Notes under the pieces: model-generated
What the model saw: only the letters and a program-made list of their open reading frames with translations
The model's database searches: none
What the model was told of the DNA's origin: nothing
Position numbers and translations under genes: made by a program
Part shown: in pieces, positions 7,526-16,642 of the stretch
How positions within the stretch are numbered: position 1 is the first letter of the stretch
Layout of the letters: every line of letters starts with the position of its first letter
Source: Vibrio vulnificus CMCP6
Lineage (GTDB): Bacteria > Pseudomonadota > Gammaproteobacteria > Enterobacterales > Vibrionaceae
Assembly: GCF_000039765.1 (NCBI RefSeq)
Contig: NC_004460.2
Location: 360,001 to 392,000 of the forward strand
Direction: 5' to 3'
DNA: 32,000 nt

Positions 7526-8680
7526 GTGAACCAACACAGTGACAAATCATTCGGTATTGCTATACCAATCATTGCTTTAACGCTCTACTCTATTGCGTCT
7601 GGGTATTTGATGAGTTTGATCCCACTGGTCACGAGTGAATATCAGCTTCCTGTTTCATTAGCCAGTTGGCTCGCTAGTGCATTTTACGCTGGCCTATTAT
7701 TAGGCTCTGTGTTTTTTGAGCCTTTGGTTCAACGCATCGGCCACAAGTTTGCCTTTGTTAGCTGCTTGGTTATTTTTATTGCCACGATCGTTGTTTTGCC
7801 TTTTTTCGCTTCTAGCCCGGTTTGGCTGGCGGCTCGCTTTATAGCGGGCATTACCGTAGCGGGTATCTTCGTTGTCGTGGAATCATGGCTGCTTGATGGT
7901 GACGAGCGCTCGCGTGCGAAACGCTTGAGCTTTTATATGATCTCTCTTTACGGTGGTACGGCGTTTGGGCAAATCGGTATTACCTTCCTTGGTACCCAAG
8001 GCTTACTGCCGTTTGCTACTATTTGCGTGACATTGTCACTGGCAGTCATCACGTTGCTCTGCTTCAGAACCACTCAACCAAATAGCGCCGAGTCGGAAAG
8101 CCTGTCGTTTAAACAGATCATCAACCTTAACCATGCTGCGGTGATTGGTTGTATTGTTTCCGGCCTCACTTTGGGCGCCATTTACGGTTTGATGCCGCTA
8201 GAGCTGGCAAATCGTCATATCTCTCATAGCGAGATCGGCAGTCTAATGGCGCTGGTTATCCTCGGCGGAATGGTGGTTCAACCCACAGTGACATTACTAA
8301 GCAAGTGGACAGGCAAAACGCTATTGATGGCGTTTTACTGCTTAGTAGGTGTCTTTGCCATCGGTATGACTTTGCTTACCAGCTCGACGATTGTCCTCGC
8401 GGTGGCGCTGTTTATTTTAGGCATGGCGGTGTTTGCTTTGTATCCCGTTGCGATTACGCTTGGCTGCCAACAGTTGGACAACAAGTTCATTGTTTCCGCC
8501 ACTCAAGTGATGCTGTTCAGTTACAGCGTTGGCTCAGTGGTTGGCCCTGCTCTGGCGGGTAGATTCATGACTCAGCCTCATGGCTTGCTTGGCTACCTTT
8601 TTGCCATTCTAGTACCCACAACGATCTACATGTTGTTTGCCGCCCTGAAAACACGCAAAGTGGTGTCTCTCGGCGAATAA
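7526..8680 (+). CDS. MFS transporter
   Basis: 384 aa. The GTG start has GGAGA 8 nt upstream. The protein is uniformly hydrophobic with about 12 predicted helices, and the loop after TM2 (EPLVQRIGHK) matches the MFS pattern. Confidence 0.75.
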   Translation: MNQHSDKSFGIAIPIIALTLYSIASGYLMSLIPLVTSEYQLPVSLASWLASAFYAGLLLGSVFFEPLVQRIGHKFAFVSCLVIFIATIVVLPFFASSPVWLAARFIAGITVAGIFVVVESWLLDGDERSRAKRLSFYMISLYGGTAFGQIGITFLGTQGLLPFATICVTLSLAVITLLCFRTTQPNSAESESLSFKQIINLNHAAVIGCIVSGLTLGAIYGLMPLELANRHISHSEIGSLMALVILGGMVVQPTVTLLSKWTGKTLLMAFYCLVGVFAIGMTLLTSSTIVLAVALFILGMAVFALYPVAITLGCQQLDNKFIVSATQVMLFSYSVGSVVGPALAGRFMTQPHGLLGYLFAILVPTTIYMLFAALKTRKVVSLGE

Positions 8681-8685
8681 CGCGT

Positions 8686-9570
8686 TTACTGCTGATTTTT
8701 ACGAAAGTGAGTTGGCGATATGCCAAAGTATTTCTTAAACCTATGGGTGAAGTTGTAAGGGTCTTTATATCCCAAACGATGAGAAATCATGGTTATCGTC
8801 CACTCTTTGTAACGCAAGAGATCGGCAGCCTTTTCCATTCTAAGTTGTATAAGCCGCGTACGCGGGGAGACACCAAATAACTGCTTAGTCAGGCGATTAA
8901 ACTGCTCCTCGCTGATAAAACAGCGTGACGCCATATCCGCAACGCTCCATGGTAAATGCAGCTGACTCTCCACCTCATTAAACAATGTTTGCACTCGTGA
9001 GAGAGAGGTTGAAATCGTAGGTTCAATAACCAGCAACATACGTGCAGCCTCGCTAACCAACATTCTGCGATAACTGGGCCTTCCACCTATCTCGCCGTAC
9101 AACAAACACATTAACGACCAGATTAACTCCGTTTCATGAAAACTGACCACCGTTTGTCCCATACGCTCAATGTGTTGCCACTTTTCCGTTGGTTTAGGTA
9201 GCAGCCAAATCATATCCCAATGGCCTAATTGTGGGTTCATTTCAAAACGAAACGGTGTATGGGCAGGCAGAATCGTGAGGCTGTAAGGGGCGATTTCCCA
9301 CACTCGATCTTTGGTGATCAGCACGCCGCCCCCTTTCAAGGTAAAAAGCAAGGTATGCACGCCAACGCCATAACGCTCAACGTAGTAGCCATCTCTTAGC
9401 TCTGCGATACCCGCCATAAAAATCTCGGCGCTTTGCCATTCAGGAATTTCGGTCTGTGTCAGAAAGCGCTCTTTACATCGGTCGGCCAGATAGACCTCAT
9501 CAATCCATTCTTGCTTGGGCAAATAGCCATCAATGACGGATTCGCACAGGTTTTGTGATTTTTCAAACAT
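8686..9570 (-). CDS. AraC-family transcriptional regulator
   Basis: 294 aa. GAGGAG sits upstream as a Shine-Dalgarno. The C-terminal double HTH (..SVADMASRCFISEEQFNRLTKQLFGVSP....GYKDPYNFTHRFKKYFGISPTHFR) is a canonical AraC signature, and the N-terminal domain is cupin-like. Confidence 0.85.
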   Translation of the reverse strand: MFEKSQNLCESVIDGYLPKQEWIDEVYLADRCKERFLTQTEIPEWQSAEIFMAGIAELRDGYYVERYGVGVHTLLFTLKGGGVLITKDRVWEIAPYSLTILPAHTPFRFEMNPQLGHWDMIWLLPKPTEKWQHIERMGQTVVSFHETELIWSLMCLLYGEIGGRPSYRRMLVSEAARMLLVIEPTISTSLSRVQTLFNEVESQLHLPWSVADMASRCFISEEQFNRLTKQLFGVSPRTRLIQLRMEKAADLLRYKEWTITMISHRLGYKDPYNFTHRFKKYFGISPTHFRKNQQ

Positions 9571-9621
9571 GTTAACTCCTCAGCAATCCCGATATATTCC
9601 CACCGCAACAGAGGAGAGAAA

Positions 9622-11007
9622 ATGAACGCACTTCACTCAGAGACAAATAATCCAAAAACCTTGCCAGAAGGTCTATTGAAAACCATTACCAAGCTAGGTT
9701 TCCCCGTTGCCATTCAAAGTGCATTGGTGGCTATCTTGGCTTTAGCCGATGTGCTTATGGTAAGCGACTTTGGTAAAGAAGCAACTGCCGCTGTGGGAAT
9801 TGCCTCAAAATGGCACTTTATCGCCATCATGATTATGGCGGGTTTGGCATCAGCCAATGGCACACTAGTAGCTCAGTATTGGGGCAAAGATGATGCACGC
9901 AGTGCAAAAGCGGTGTCTCTCATTGCGCTGAGCTTTGGCTTAAAAGTCCTGATCCCGGTGACACTACTGATCACCTTGGGTTCGCAGTTTATCATGATGC
10001 TGCAAACCAATGACCAAACCGTTATTGGTCTCGGCTCCGTGTATCTTTGGTATGCGTTCCCAGTACTGTTGTTAACCCACATCGTGATTGTGATTGAATC
10101 AAGCATGCGCTCATCCGGTGACACCGTCACTCCGCTTATCATCGGTTCATTGACCATTGTGATTAACATTGCGTTGAACTATTGGTTGATTAAGGGTGGA
10201 TTTGGCATACCGGCGATGGGCGTAGCAGGTGCAGCATTAGCCACCTCGATTTCACGCGCAATCCAAGTCTTATTGATGCTGGCTTTGATGAAATTAAAGC
10301 AACATTGGTTGTTAACGACCGAAGCCTCCTCTGAAAGACCTTCTTTATGGCTGTCCTATCGACGATTAGCCCTGCCTGTCACGTTAGGCGCGGTATTGTG
10401 GGGCATTGGAACCATGGCCTACCAAATTATTTTTGGGCACATGGGAACGACCGAACTGGCCGTATTTAGCATGTTGGGACCGTTTGAATCTCTTTGTTAT
10501 GCGATTTTCTTTGGATTGTCCGTCGCCTGCTCTGTGTTGATTGGCCAATCCTTAGGGCGAAATGAGTTTGAACGCGCTCAAGCCATGGCGGCGTACTTTA
10601 TCAAAGTGGTGTTTATTGTTGGTTTATCCGTTGGTGCGTTTATGTTGTTAAACCGTGAATGGATTCTCGCTGGCCTCAATTTGAATACTGAGGAGTTACG
10701 CCCACTTGCTGCACCGGCTGTGATTATCCTCTGCTGTGGCATTTGGATTCGTATGCTGAACATGACCATCATCAACGGCATCATCCGCGCAGGTGGCGAC
10801 AACATCTTCTGTTTGAGAATGGACTTTATCGCCATGTGGATGACTGGTATTCCCTTATGCGCTTTTGCTGCGTTCATCGCAGGCATGGAGTTTAAAGTGG
10901 TTTACTCACTGATGTTAGCGGAAGAAGTGGTCAAGCTGGCGCTTTGTTATCGTCGCTACACACAGAAATTCTGGATCAAGAACCTGACTGTGGTGACGAC
11001 TTGCTAG
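9622..11007 (+). CDS. MATE-family efflux transporter
   Basis: 461 aa with 12 TM helices. AGAGGAGAG sits upstream as a Shine-Dalgarno. It has NorM/DinF-like features (..QYWGKDD.., ..RSSGDTVTPL.., ..RAGGDN..). It is divergent from the AraC gene across a 51-bp spacer. Confidence 0.85.
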   Translation: MNALHSETNNPKTLPEGLLKTITKLGFPVAIQSALVAILALADVLMVSDFGKEATAAVGIASKWHFIAIMIMAGLASANGTLVAQYWGKDDARSAKAVSLIALSFGLKVLIPVTLLITLGSQFIMMLQTNDQTVIGLGSVYLWYAFPVLLLTHIVIVIESSMRSSGDTVTPLIIGSLTIVINIALNYWLIKGGFGIPAMGVAGAALATSISRAIQVLLMLALMKLKQHWLLTTEASSERPSLWLSYRRLALPVTLGAVLWGIGTMAYQIIFGHMGTTELAVFSMLGPFESLCYAIFFGLSVACSVLIGQSLGRNEFERAQAMAAYFIKVVFIVGLSVGAFMLLNREWILAGLNLNTEELRPLAAPAVIILCCGIWIRMLNMTIINGIIRAGGDNIFCLRMDFIAMWMTGIPLCAFAAFIAGMEFKVVYSLMLAEEVVKLALCYRRYTQKFWIKNLTVVTTC

Positions 11008-11374
11008 CCAACCGTTTGTGTCGGTTTGAACTCTCCGGTGCCGGCTTCTCTGGCACCGCTTTTTTTTCATGCAGCAAGTGCCTCACGGCCAGTATGGGGT
11101 GAACAAGTAACATACGTGGGCCTGCGTAACGCATTACCAAACGCATCTGTTCTTTTTGCGCTTTCTTATAACAGTGAATGGGACACTTATTGCAGGTCGG
11201 CTTATTTTCACCATAGGGGCATCTATCCAAACGCACCTCGGCGTACTCCATCAACGCTTGGCATTCATCACACAGCCCTTCGCTTTGGTGATGATCTTTG
11301 CAATAAATCTTGATCATCGCAGTCACTGTTTTAAATTCTGTCGCCAGTGCACCCATCAGCATGTTTGAAGTCAT
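10976..11374 (-). CDS. Nitrous-oxide-stimulated-promoter family protein (YgbA-like, Cys-rich)
   Basis: ORF track 10976..11407. I prefer the ATG at 11374 (GGAAGA upstream). The cysteine pattern CDECQ..x..CPYGENKPTCNKCPIHCY and the tail MRYAGPRML..HP resemble E. coli YgbA. Confidence 0.7.
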   Translation of the reverse strand: MTSNMLMGALATEFKTVTAMIKIYCKDHHQSEGLCDECQALMEYAEVRLDRCPYGENKPTCNKCPIHCYKKAQKEQMRLVMRYAGPRMLLVHPILAVRHLLHEKKAVPEKPAPESSNRHKRLASKSSPQSGS

Positions 11375-11508
11375 CGTTCTTCCAATTCTTATCAATAACA
11401 TTGTCAATTTTAGGTCTGTTCGAGAATTGTTTTCATTTATCTAAATCAAACTCGCTTGTACTTTTCAGCACAAATGATTATTCTCTGCCACCTTTAACGG
11501 GGGCAAAC

Positions 11509-11712
11509 ATGAACCGCAAAAAGAAAATCAATCAAATCTTAAAATCCAAGCAGAAAAAGCAAAACGCTAAACTGCACAAAAGCAACAAGCCTCGCTATAT
11601 TTCCAAAGCAGAGCGCGCCAAGTTAGATGCAATGGAAAAGTTAGACGCAATGGAAAATGGCGCAGACGCAGAGCACTCAGCCGAGGCTGAAACGCTTAAC
11701 GCCACAGAATAG
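11509..11712 (+). CDS. Small lysine-rich conserved hypothetical protein (DUF2986-like, 67 aa)
   Basis: This is the in-frame internal ATG of track ORF 11347..11712. It reads MNRKKKINQILKSKQKKQNAKLHKSNKPRYISKAERAKL.. and is followed directly by a strong terminator. The family assignment is from memory. Confidence 0.5.
   Translation: MNRKKKINQILKSKQKKQNAKLHKSNKPRYISKAERAKLDAMEKLDAMENGADAEHSAEAETLNATE
11620..11655 (+). repeat. 18-bp in-frame tandem duplication (2 copies, 17/18 identical)
   Basis: AAGTTAGATGCAATGGAA is followed by AAGTTAGACGCAATGGAA, encoding KLDAME-KLDAME. Confidence 0.9.
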
Positions 11713-11713
11713 C

Positions 11714-11745
11714 AAAACCGCTCAAATTGAGCGGTTTTTCTTTCA
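11714..11745. terminator. Bidirectional rho-independent terminator
   Basis: AAAACCGCTC / GAGCGGTTTT forms a stem with a 5-nt loop, followed by a TTTTCTTTC tail. It lies between convergent genes. Confidence 0.7.
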
Positions 11746-11792
11746 TTCTCTTTTTCGTTTTTTCTTTTATTTCAGGGTAACTTTGAACAGGC

Positions 11793-13409
11793 TTACACCT
11801 TAAAGTAACGCAATTGGTCATTCAAAATTTCAGCTGCAGCGGCCATCGACTGGCTTTCTTGTGCAAGTAACTGGGACGATTGCATCACTTCATTCGCAGC
11901 TAAGTGAATACTGGTGACATTTTCCGTCATCTCATTCGCGACCAAGCCTTGTTGCTCAGAGGCTGCGGCAATTTGCGCCACCATATCATTGGATTTCACC
12001 AACTCTTCAACCATTAGAGACAGCTGTTTTTGCGTTTCAATCGTAATTGTCACACTTTGCTCAACTTTGCTGTTACTGCGCTCCATCGCTTTGACGGTGC
12101 GTGCGGTACGTTCGGTTAACTGATCGATGGTTTGCTGTACCTCCGTGGTGGATTGCTGAGTCCGTGAGGCCAAGTTACGCACTTCATCCGCCACCACCGC
12201 AAACCCACGCCCTTGCTCACCAGCACGCGCCGCTTCAATCGCTGCGTTGAGCGCGAGCAAATTTGTCTGCTCAGAGACCTCACGAATCACGCTAACAACA
12301 GCACTGATTTCTTGTACGCCTAATTTCAGTTCCGTCACCAGTTGATCGGCGGCTGAAATTTCCTGAGAGACGTGCGAGATCGTCTCTGCCGTTTTGCTCA
12401 TCGATTCCCCACTTTGTTCTGCATGCGTCGTCACCACACCCGTCGTATGCGCAGTGTTTTCCGCGTTGTTGGCGACATCAGCAATCGTGGTGCTCATCTC
12501 TGTCATCGCCGCTGAAAGCAGTTCTAACTGAGCGTGTTGACTGCCGACACTGGTTGCGGCTTCTTCACTTGCCTGAGCAATATTCTGTGCCATCGACGCC
12601 GATTGTGCGGAAGCCTCATGAGCCGCAATTAAGGTGTACTGCAGTTTCTCCAGCATTCGATCGATTTCATTGCTCATCACTCCAAGTTCGTCTTTGCGTT
12701 TTGCATTCAAACGGACACGAAGATCACCATCAGCAATGTTATTGGTGTTCTCAATCAATCGATTAAGAGGTAGGACGATGTTGGAAGAAATAACGTACCC
12801 CATCGCGAGAAGAACCGCCGCCATCAAACCCGCAACGATGGCCGCCTTAGCCATTTGCAGGTAAAACGCTTCGTGAATATCAGCAACCAAAATGCCCGAG
12901 CCAATGATCCAGTTCCATTCAGGCACCAGCGTGACATAAGAGATTTTCTCTTTTAGTTCACCTTGAGGGCTTTTCCATTGATAGTCGAGAAAACCTCGCC
13001 CTTGCGTGGACGTCACGCTCGCCATCTCTCGCCAATGAAATTTACCCGCGCCATCTTTAAAATCCCGAGCACTCTTCCCATTGAGTTCTGGCTTAACAGG
13101 ATGCACGACGACCTGCAGTTGCGGCGTGGTGATCCAAAAATAATTATCCTCATCGTAGCGCAACTGATTCACCGCCTCTTTCGCTTGCGCCTGCGCTTCA
13201 TCCAAACCAATTTCTTTGGCTAAAGTGTGATAATGCTCTATCAGACTCGCTACCGTTTCGACTTGAGCACTGAGTTTGCTTTCCCGTTCAGCGAGGGATG
13301 TTTTTCGCTGTTCATTGAGGTTATAGAGTGAAGTGACCGCGATTAATAACGCCGCGAGTAAGACAAGCGATAGAAGTTTGTACTTAACAGACAAATTACT
13401 TAATTTCAT
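11793..13409 (-). CDS. Methyl-accepting chemotaxis protein with a periplasmic single-Cache (sCache_2-like) sensor
   Basis: 538 aa with two TM helices flanking a sensor of about 150 aa. The sensor carries [34 protein letters not shown] and [15 protein letters not shown] domain follows, then the conserved MCP hairpin [38 protein letters not shown]. Confidence 0.9.
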   Translation of the reverse strand: MKLSNLSVKYKLLSLVLLAALLIAVTSLYNLNEQRKTSLAERESKLSAQVETVASLIEHYHTLAKEIGLDEAQAQAKEAVNQLRYDEDNYFWITTPQLQVVVHPVKPELNGKSARDFKDGAGKFHWREMASVTSTQGRGFLDYQWKSPQGELKEKISYVTLVPEWNWIIGSGILVADIHEAFYLQMAKAAIVAGLMAAVLLAMGYVISSNIVLPLNRLIENTNNIADGDLRVRLNAKRKDELGVMSNEIDRMLEKLQYTLIAAHEASAQSASMAQNIAQASEEAATSVGSQHAQLELLSAAMTEMSTTIADVANNAENTAHTTGVVTTHAEQSGESMSKTAETISHVSQEISAADQLVTELKLGVQEISAVVSVIREVSEQTNLLALNAAIEAARAGEQGRGFAVVADEVRNLASRTQQSTTEVQQTIDQLTERTARTVKAMERSNSKVEQSVTITIETQKQLSLMVEELVKSNDMVAQIAAASEQQGLVANEMTENVTSIHLAANEVMQSSQLLAQESQSMAAAAEILNDQLRYFKV

Positions 13410-13914
13410 TTAAGCATCCATTTTTATAAATAAAGCCAACTGAGTCATGTTTTTCTGAAACGCTGATTTTTACCTGTTTAATTGAATAGACAAAGGATGC
13501 ATATCACGATTTTAACCACATGTTATCTATGGGTTTCATAAAGTCAGTTTCAATCACGTTCTTATGCAAATTAGTAATCAAAACCGTTAGCTTTAATGGC
13601 AATTTGAAGCACAAATCACTAAACAAAAAGAAAAATACGGGCCACATATTACAAAAAGTAAACACGCAACTAAGTGATTGTATAAAACATAGCCCGAACA
13701 CAAATTCACCATTGTTAACTCTATCTGTTTAATCTCTCAATTATCCATTAACAGCTTTCTTACCTGACCTTTACGAACGCCCGATTTTCCGTGAGTTAAC
13801 ACCGAGAAATTGCATTCCAAAATTGCATAAAAGTGTTATGTGAACCGCGTTTACTATTTTTTTTGTATAACGCGAGAGAATGAAATCACCAATATTTCGT
13901 TAAGGATAAACAAT

Positions 13915-15243
13915 ATGTTGTATTTGGAATTCCTGTTCCTTTTGCTGATGTTATACATCGGCTCTCGATACGGCGGTATCGGTCTTGGGGTCGTTTCCGG
14001 CATTGGTTTGGTGATTGAAGTTTTTGTTTTCAAAATGCCTCCAACGTCCCCGCCAGTCACGGTAATGCTGATCATTTTGGCGGTCGTGACCTGTGCGTCT
14101 ATTTTGGAAGCGGCGGGCGGCTTGAAGTACATGCTGCAAGTTGCAGAAAGAATGCTGCGCAAAAACCCGAAACGCGTTACCCTCATTGCCCCTTTTGTCA
14201 CCTACACCATGACATTCATGTTGGGTACCGGCCACGCGGTTTACTCAATCATGCCAATCATCGGTGATGTTGCACTGAAAAATGGCATTCGACCTGAGCG
14301 TCCGATGGCAGCCGCATCCGTTGCGTCACAAATCGCGATTACGGCCTCGCCAATCTCAGCGGCGGTGGTGTACTACCTTGCACAGCTTTCTGATATCAAT
14401 CATGAGATTACGCTCCTTTCTATTCTGCTTGTGACCGTGCCAGCGACGCTGTTTGGTACGTTGCTGATGTCACTCTACAGCATGAAACGCGGCAAGGAGT
14501 TGGAAGACGATCCTGAGTATCAAGCACGTTTGAAAGATCCTGTTTGGCGCGAGAAGATCCTCAACACCACCGCGACATCGTTGGATGAGCATCTACCTGC
14601 AGCAGCACGCAACTCGGTTCTACTGTTCATTTTGTCAATTTTGACCATTGTGGTTATCGCGATGATTCCTGAAGTTCGAATCATCGGCGAAGGCTCGAAA
14701 CCCATTAGTATGGCCGTCGTCATTCAAATGATGATGCTCTGTTTCGGCGGTATCATTTTATTGGCAACCAAGACCGACCCACGCAGCGTGCCAAATGGCG
14801 TGGTATTCAAATCGGGCATGGTTGCGGCAATTGCCATCTTCGGTATTGCCTGGATGTCTGACACCTACTTCCAATACGCGATGCCGCAATTCAAATCGGG
14901 CATTGTGGAGATGGTAAACAACTACCCATGGACATTCGCACTGGCGCTGTTCATTGTTTCAGTCGTGGTGAACTCTCAAGCCGCTGTGGCGCGCATGATG
15001 CTTCCTGTCGGTCTTGGTCTGGGTTTGGAACCGGCCTTGTTGGTTGGCTTAATGCCTGCCCTATACGGCTACTTCTTTATTCCAAACTATCCGTCAGATA
15101 TCGCGACGGTGAACTTTGATAACACGGGAACCACCAAAATTGGTAAGTGGTATTTCAACCACTCCTTTATGTCGGTTGGTTTGATTGGCGTGATTGGCGC
15201 GTGCTGTTTAGGCTATCTGCTAGGACAGATGATCATCGGTTAA
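13915..15243 (+). CDS. dcuB: Anaerobic C4-dicarboxylate transporter (DcuB-like)
   Basis: ORF track 13840..15243. I prefer the ATG at 13915 (AAGGA 8 nt upstream). It aligns by eye with E. coli DcuB at GIGLVIEVFVF, GTGHAVYSIMPIIGDVALKNGIRPERPMAA and YPSDIATVNFDNTGTTKIGK. Confidence 0.85.
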   Translation: MLYLEFLFLLLMLYIGSRYGGIGLGVVSGIGLVIEVFVFKMPPTSPPVTVMLIILAVVTCASILEAAGGLKYMLQVAERMLRKNPKRVTLIAPFVTYTMTFMLGTGHAVYSIMPIIGDVALKNGIRPERPMAAASVASQIAITASPISAAVVYYLAQLSDINHEITLLSILLVTVPATLFGTLLMSLYSMKRGKELEDDPEYQARLKDPVWREKILNTTATSLDEHLPAAARNSVLLFILSILTIVVIAMIPEVRIIGEGSKPISMAVVIQMMMLCFGGIILLATKTDPRSVPNGVVFKSGMVAAIAIFGIAWMSDTYFQYAMPQFKSGIVEMVNNYPWTFALALFIVSVVVNSQAAVARMMLPVGLGLGLEPALLVGLMPALYGYFFIPNYPSDIATVNFDNTGTTKIGKWYFNHSFMSVGLIGVIGACCLGYLLGQMIIG

Positions 15244-15276
15244 CCACCGTGTTGTAAGCTATAACCCATAACGACA

Positions 15277-15319
15277 AAGAGCGGATATCAAGCCTGAAAT
15301 GATACCGCTCTTTTTTTAT
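15277..15319. terminator. Rho-independent terminator (usable from both convergent genes)
   Basis: AAAGAGCGGATATC ... GATACCGCTCTTT forms a stem with one bulge, followed by a T7 run. Confidence 0.6.
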
Positions 15320-15348
15320 TTGTCGCTAAACTTTATTTGTCGCTAAAC
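15315..15348. repeat. Perfect 17-bp tandem duplication
   Basis: TTTATTTGTCGCTAAAC occurs twice head to tail, between the dcuB terminator and the ttpD stop codon. Confidence 0.9.
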
Positions 15349-15361
15349 AGTGAGACGTTAG

Positions 15362-16642
15362 CTAGGAACGTGAATCGGCGCTTTTGTCGGCGAGCACATT
15401 GCGTTGTTGAGTGATATGCTCACGTTCGCTTACTTGCTCACCCTTCGCTTTATCAAGTTTGGCTTCACTGCTTTTCAGTTTGTGACTCAAAAACTTCAAC
15501 CAATTCTGCGTCTGCTTTGTAGAACGTAAAGCATCCGCTTTTTTTGCTTGTGCGTACGCCTGATCAATTCTTTCAAGTCGATAGAGCGCATTTATCTTGA
15601 GTAACTGCGCGTCGAACTGACGCTTTGGATTATCCATTTCAGCCAAAGAAATCAGCACTTGTTGATAGCGCTGCAGCTGGTTTTCCAATAGCGCCACTTC
15701 CCACTGGTACTGGCTCTCTTGTTTTGCTAACCGTTGCCAAAGTTCGAGCGCTTGTTGCCACTCTTTTGCCGCTTGCCAATACTGGGCTTGCAACTTGATG
15801 AGCTTAGGATCTTGCTGTGAGTTCTCAATTCTGGCCAAGGTTTGTGCCGCTTTTTGATAGATACCTTGCGCTGCATACAAATAGGCCAGTGATTTCGTTT
15901 CCGCCTCGTTGAGTTCAAGCCCTTGCAACTCTATGAGTGTCAGCATATCGAGCGCAGATTTCTCCTGCCCTAGGTTTAAGTAAGCGTTGTAGGCTTGTAG
16001 CCACCAGTTTTTATTCGACGGCTCAAGAGCGATGAGCTGCTTGGCCAACGGAATCACGGACTTCCATTGTTCTAACTGAACATGAGCGGCAAGCGCTAGC
16101 GAGAGAATCGTTGTATCTGGTTTTTTCTCAACCCGCTGAAACCCTTTTGTCGCAACAATGGTCTCACGCCAGTTTTCAACACTGTATTGGGCTTGCACGA
16201 GATAACGCCAAATTTCGGCAGCACTCTCATTTTCAGGCACCTGTTTTAGCAGTTTGTTGAGCTGAGGAATCGCTTTTTTATAATCACCTTGCGTCAGATA
16301 GAGTTGCGTCAACATGCGTCGCGTGACCCACTCTTCTTCAAACGTGAATAATTCGAACGATAGCGCTTTCTCTAACGAGGCAATCGAACGCGTGAATTGC
16401 TCCGCTTGCCAATAGTAGATCCCCAACAATTTTGACAGCGCTGCCACATCATCCGGCCGAGAGACCTCTGCGCTATTGAGCTTCGCGATGGCATCCGCGA
16501 GCGCATTATTGTCTGCAAGCTGTTGTGCATTTTGCATCACGCGTGCGGTGTACTGGCTGACATTGGTACCAGAGGCCGCCAGAACGGCGGGTTGCCATAA
16601 CCATTGAGTGAGCAGTAATGTCAGTATCCGTTTTTTCATCAC
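15362..16642 (-). CDS. ttpD: TPR-repeat protein of the TonB2 cluster (TtpD-like)
   Basis: 426 aa with signal peptide MKKRILTLLLTQWLWQPAVLAA and repeated TPR-like helices throughout. It is the last gene of the TonB2 cluster. The start is GTG 16642 or ATG 16639, and either overlaps the tonB2 stop. Confidence 0.7.
   Translation of the reverse strand: MMKKRILTLLLTQWLWQPAVLAASGTNVSQYTARVMQNAQQLADNNALADAIAKLNSAEVSRPDDVAALSKLLGIYYWQAEQFTRSIASLEKALSFELFTFEEEWVTRRMLTQLYLTQGDYKKAIPQLNKLLKQVPENESAAEIWRYLVQAQYSVENWRETIVATKGFQRVEKKPDTTILSLALAAHVQLEQWKSVIPLAKQLIALEPSNKNWWLQAYNAYLNLGQEKSALDMLTLIELQGLELNEAETKSLAYLYAAQGIYQKAAQTLARIENSQQDPKLIKLQAQYWQAAKEWQQALELWQRLAKQESQYQWEVALLENQLQRYQQVLISLAEMDNPKRQFDAQLLKINALYRLERIDQAYAQAKKADALRSTKQTQNWLKFLSHKLKSSEAKLDKAKGEQVSEREHITQQRNVLADKSADSRS

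Noticed and set aside
11375-11508. NsrR-type operator upstream of the YgbA-like gene (E. coli ygbA is NsrR-regulated).
   Set aside because: The best candidate (TAGATAAATGAAAACAATTCTC on the gene strand) matches only about 13 of 22 positions of the AAGATGCATTT inverted repeat and has the wrong spacing. It is not convincing without a matrix scan.
12150-12290. Inverted DNA homology between the two MCP signalling hairpins (here and at about 28090-28210) as a possible inversion substrate.
   Set aside because: Nucleotide identity is only about 70% by eye and simply reflects conservation of the MCP hairpin. There are no long identical tracts.
13504-13732. Mutually antisense 65-aa and 70-aa ORFs in the MCP-dcuB spacer.
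   Set aside because: They overlap each other on opposite strands in very AT-rich DNA (Phe/Lys/Asn-rich translations). This pattern is typical of chance ORFs.
13839-13854. CRP half-site TGTGA upstream of dcuB.
   Set aside because: The second half-site (TTTAC) matches TCACA at only 1 of 5 positions. I also found no TTGAT-N4-ATCAA FNR site in this spacer.
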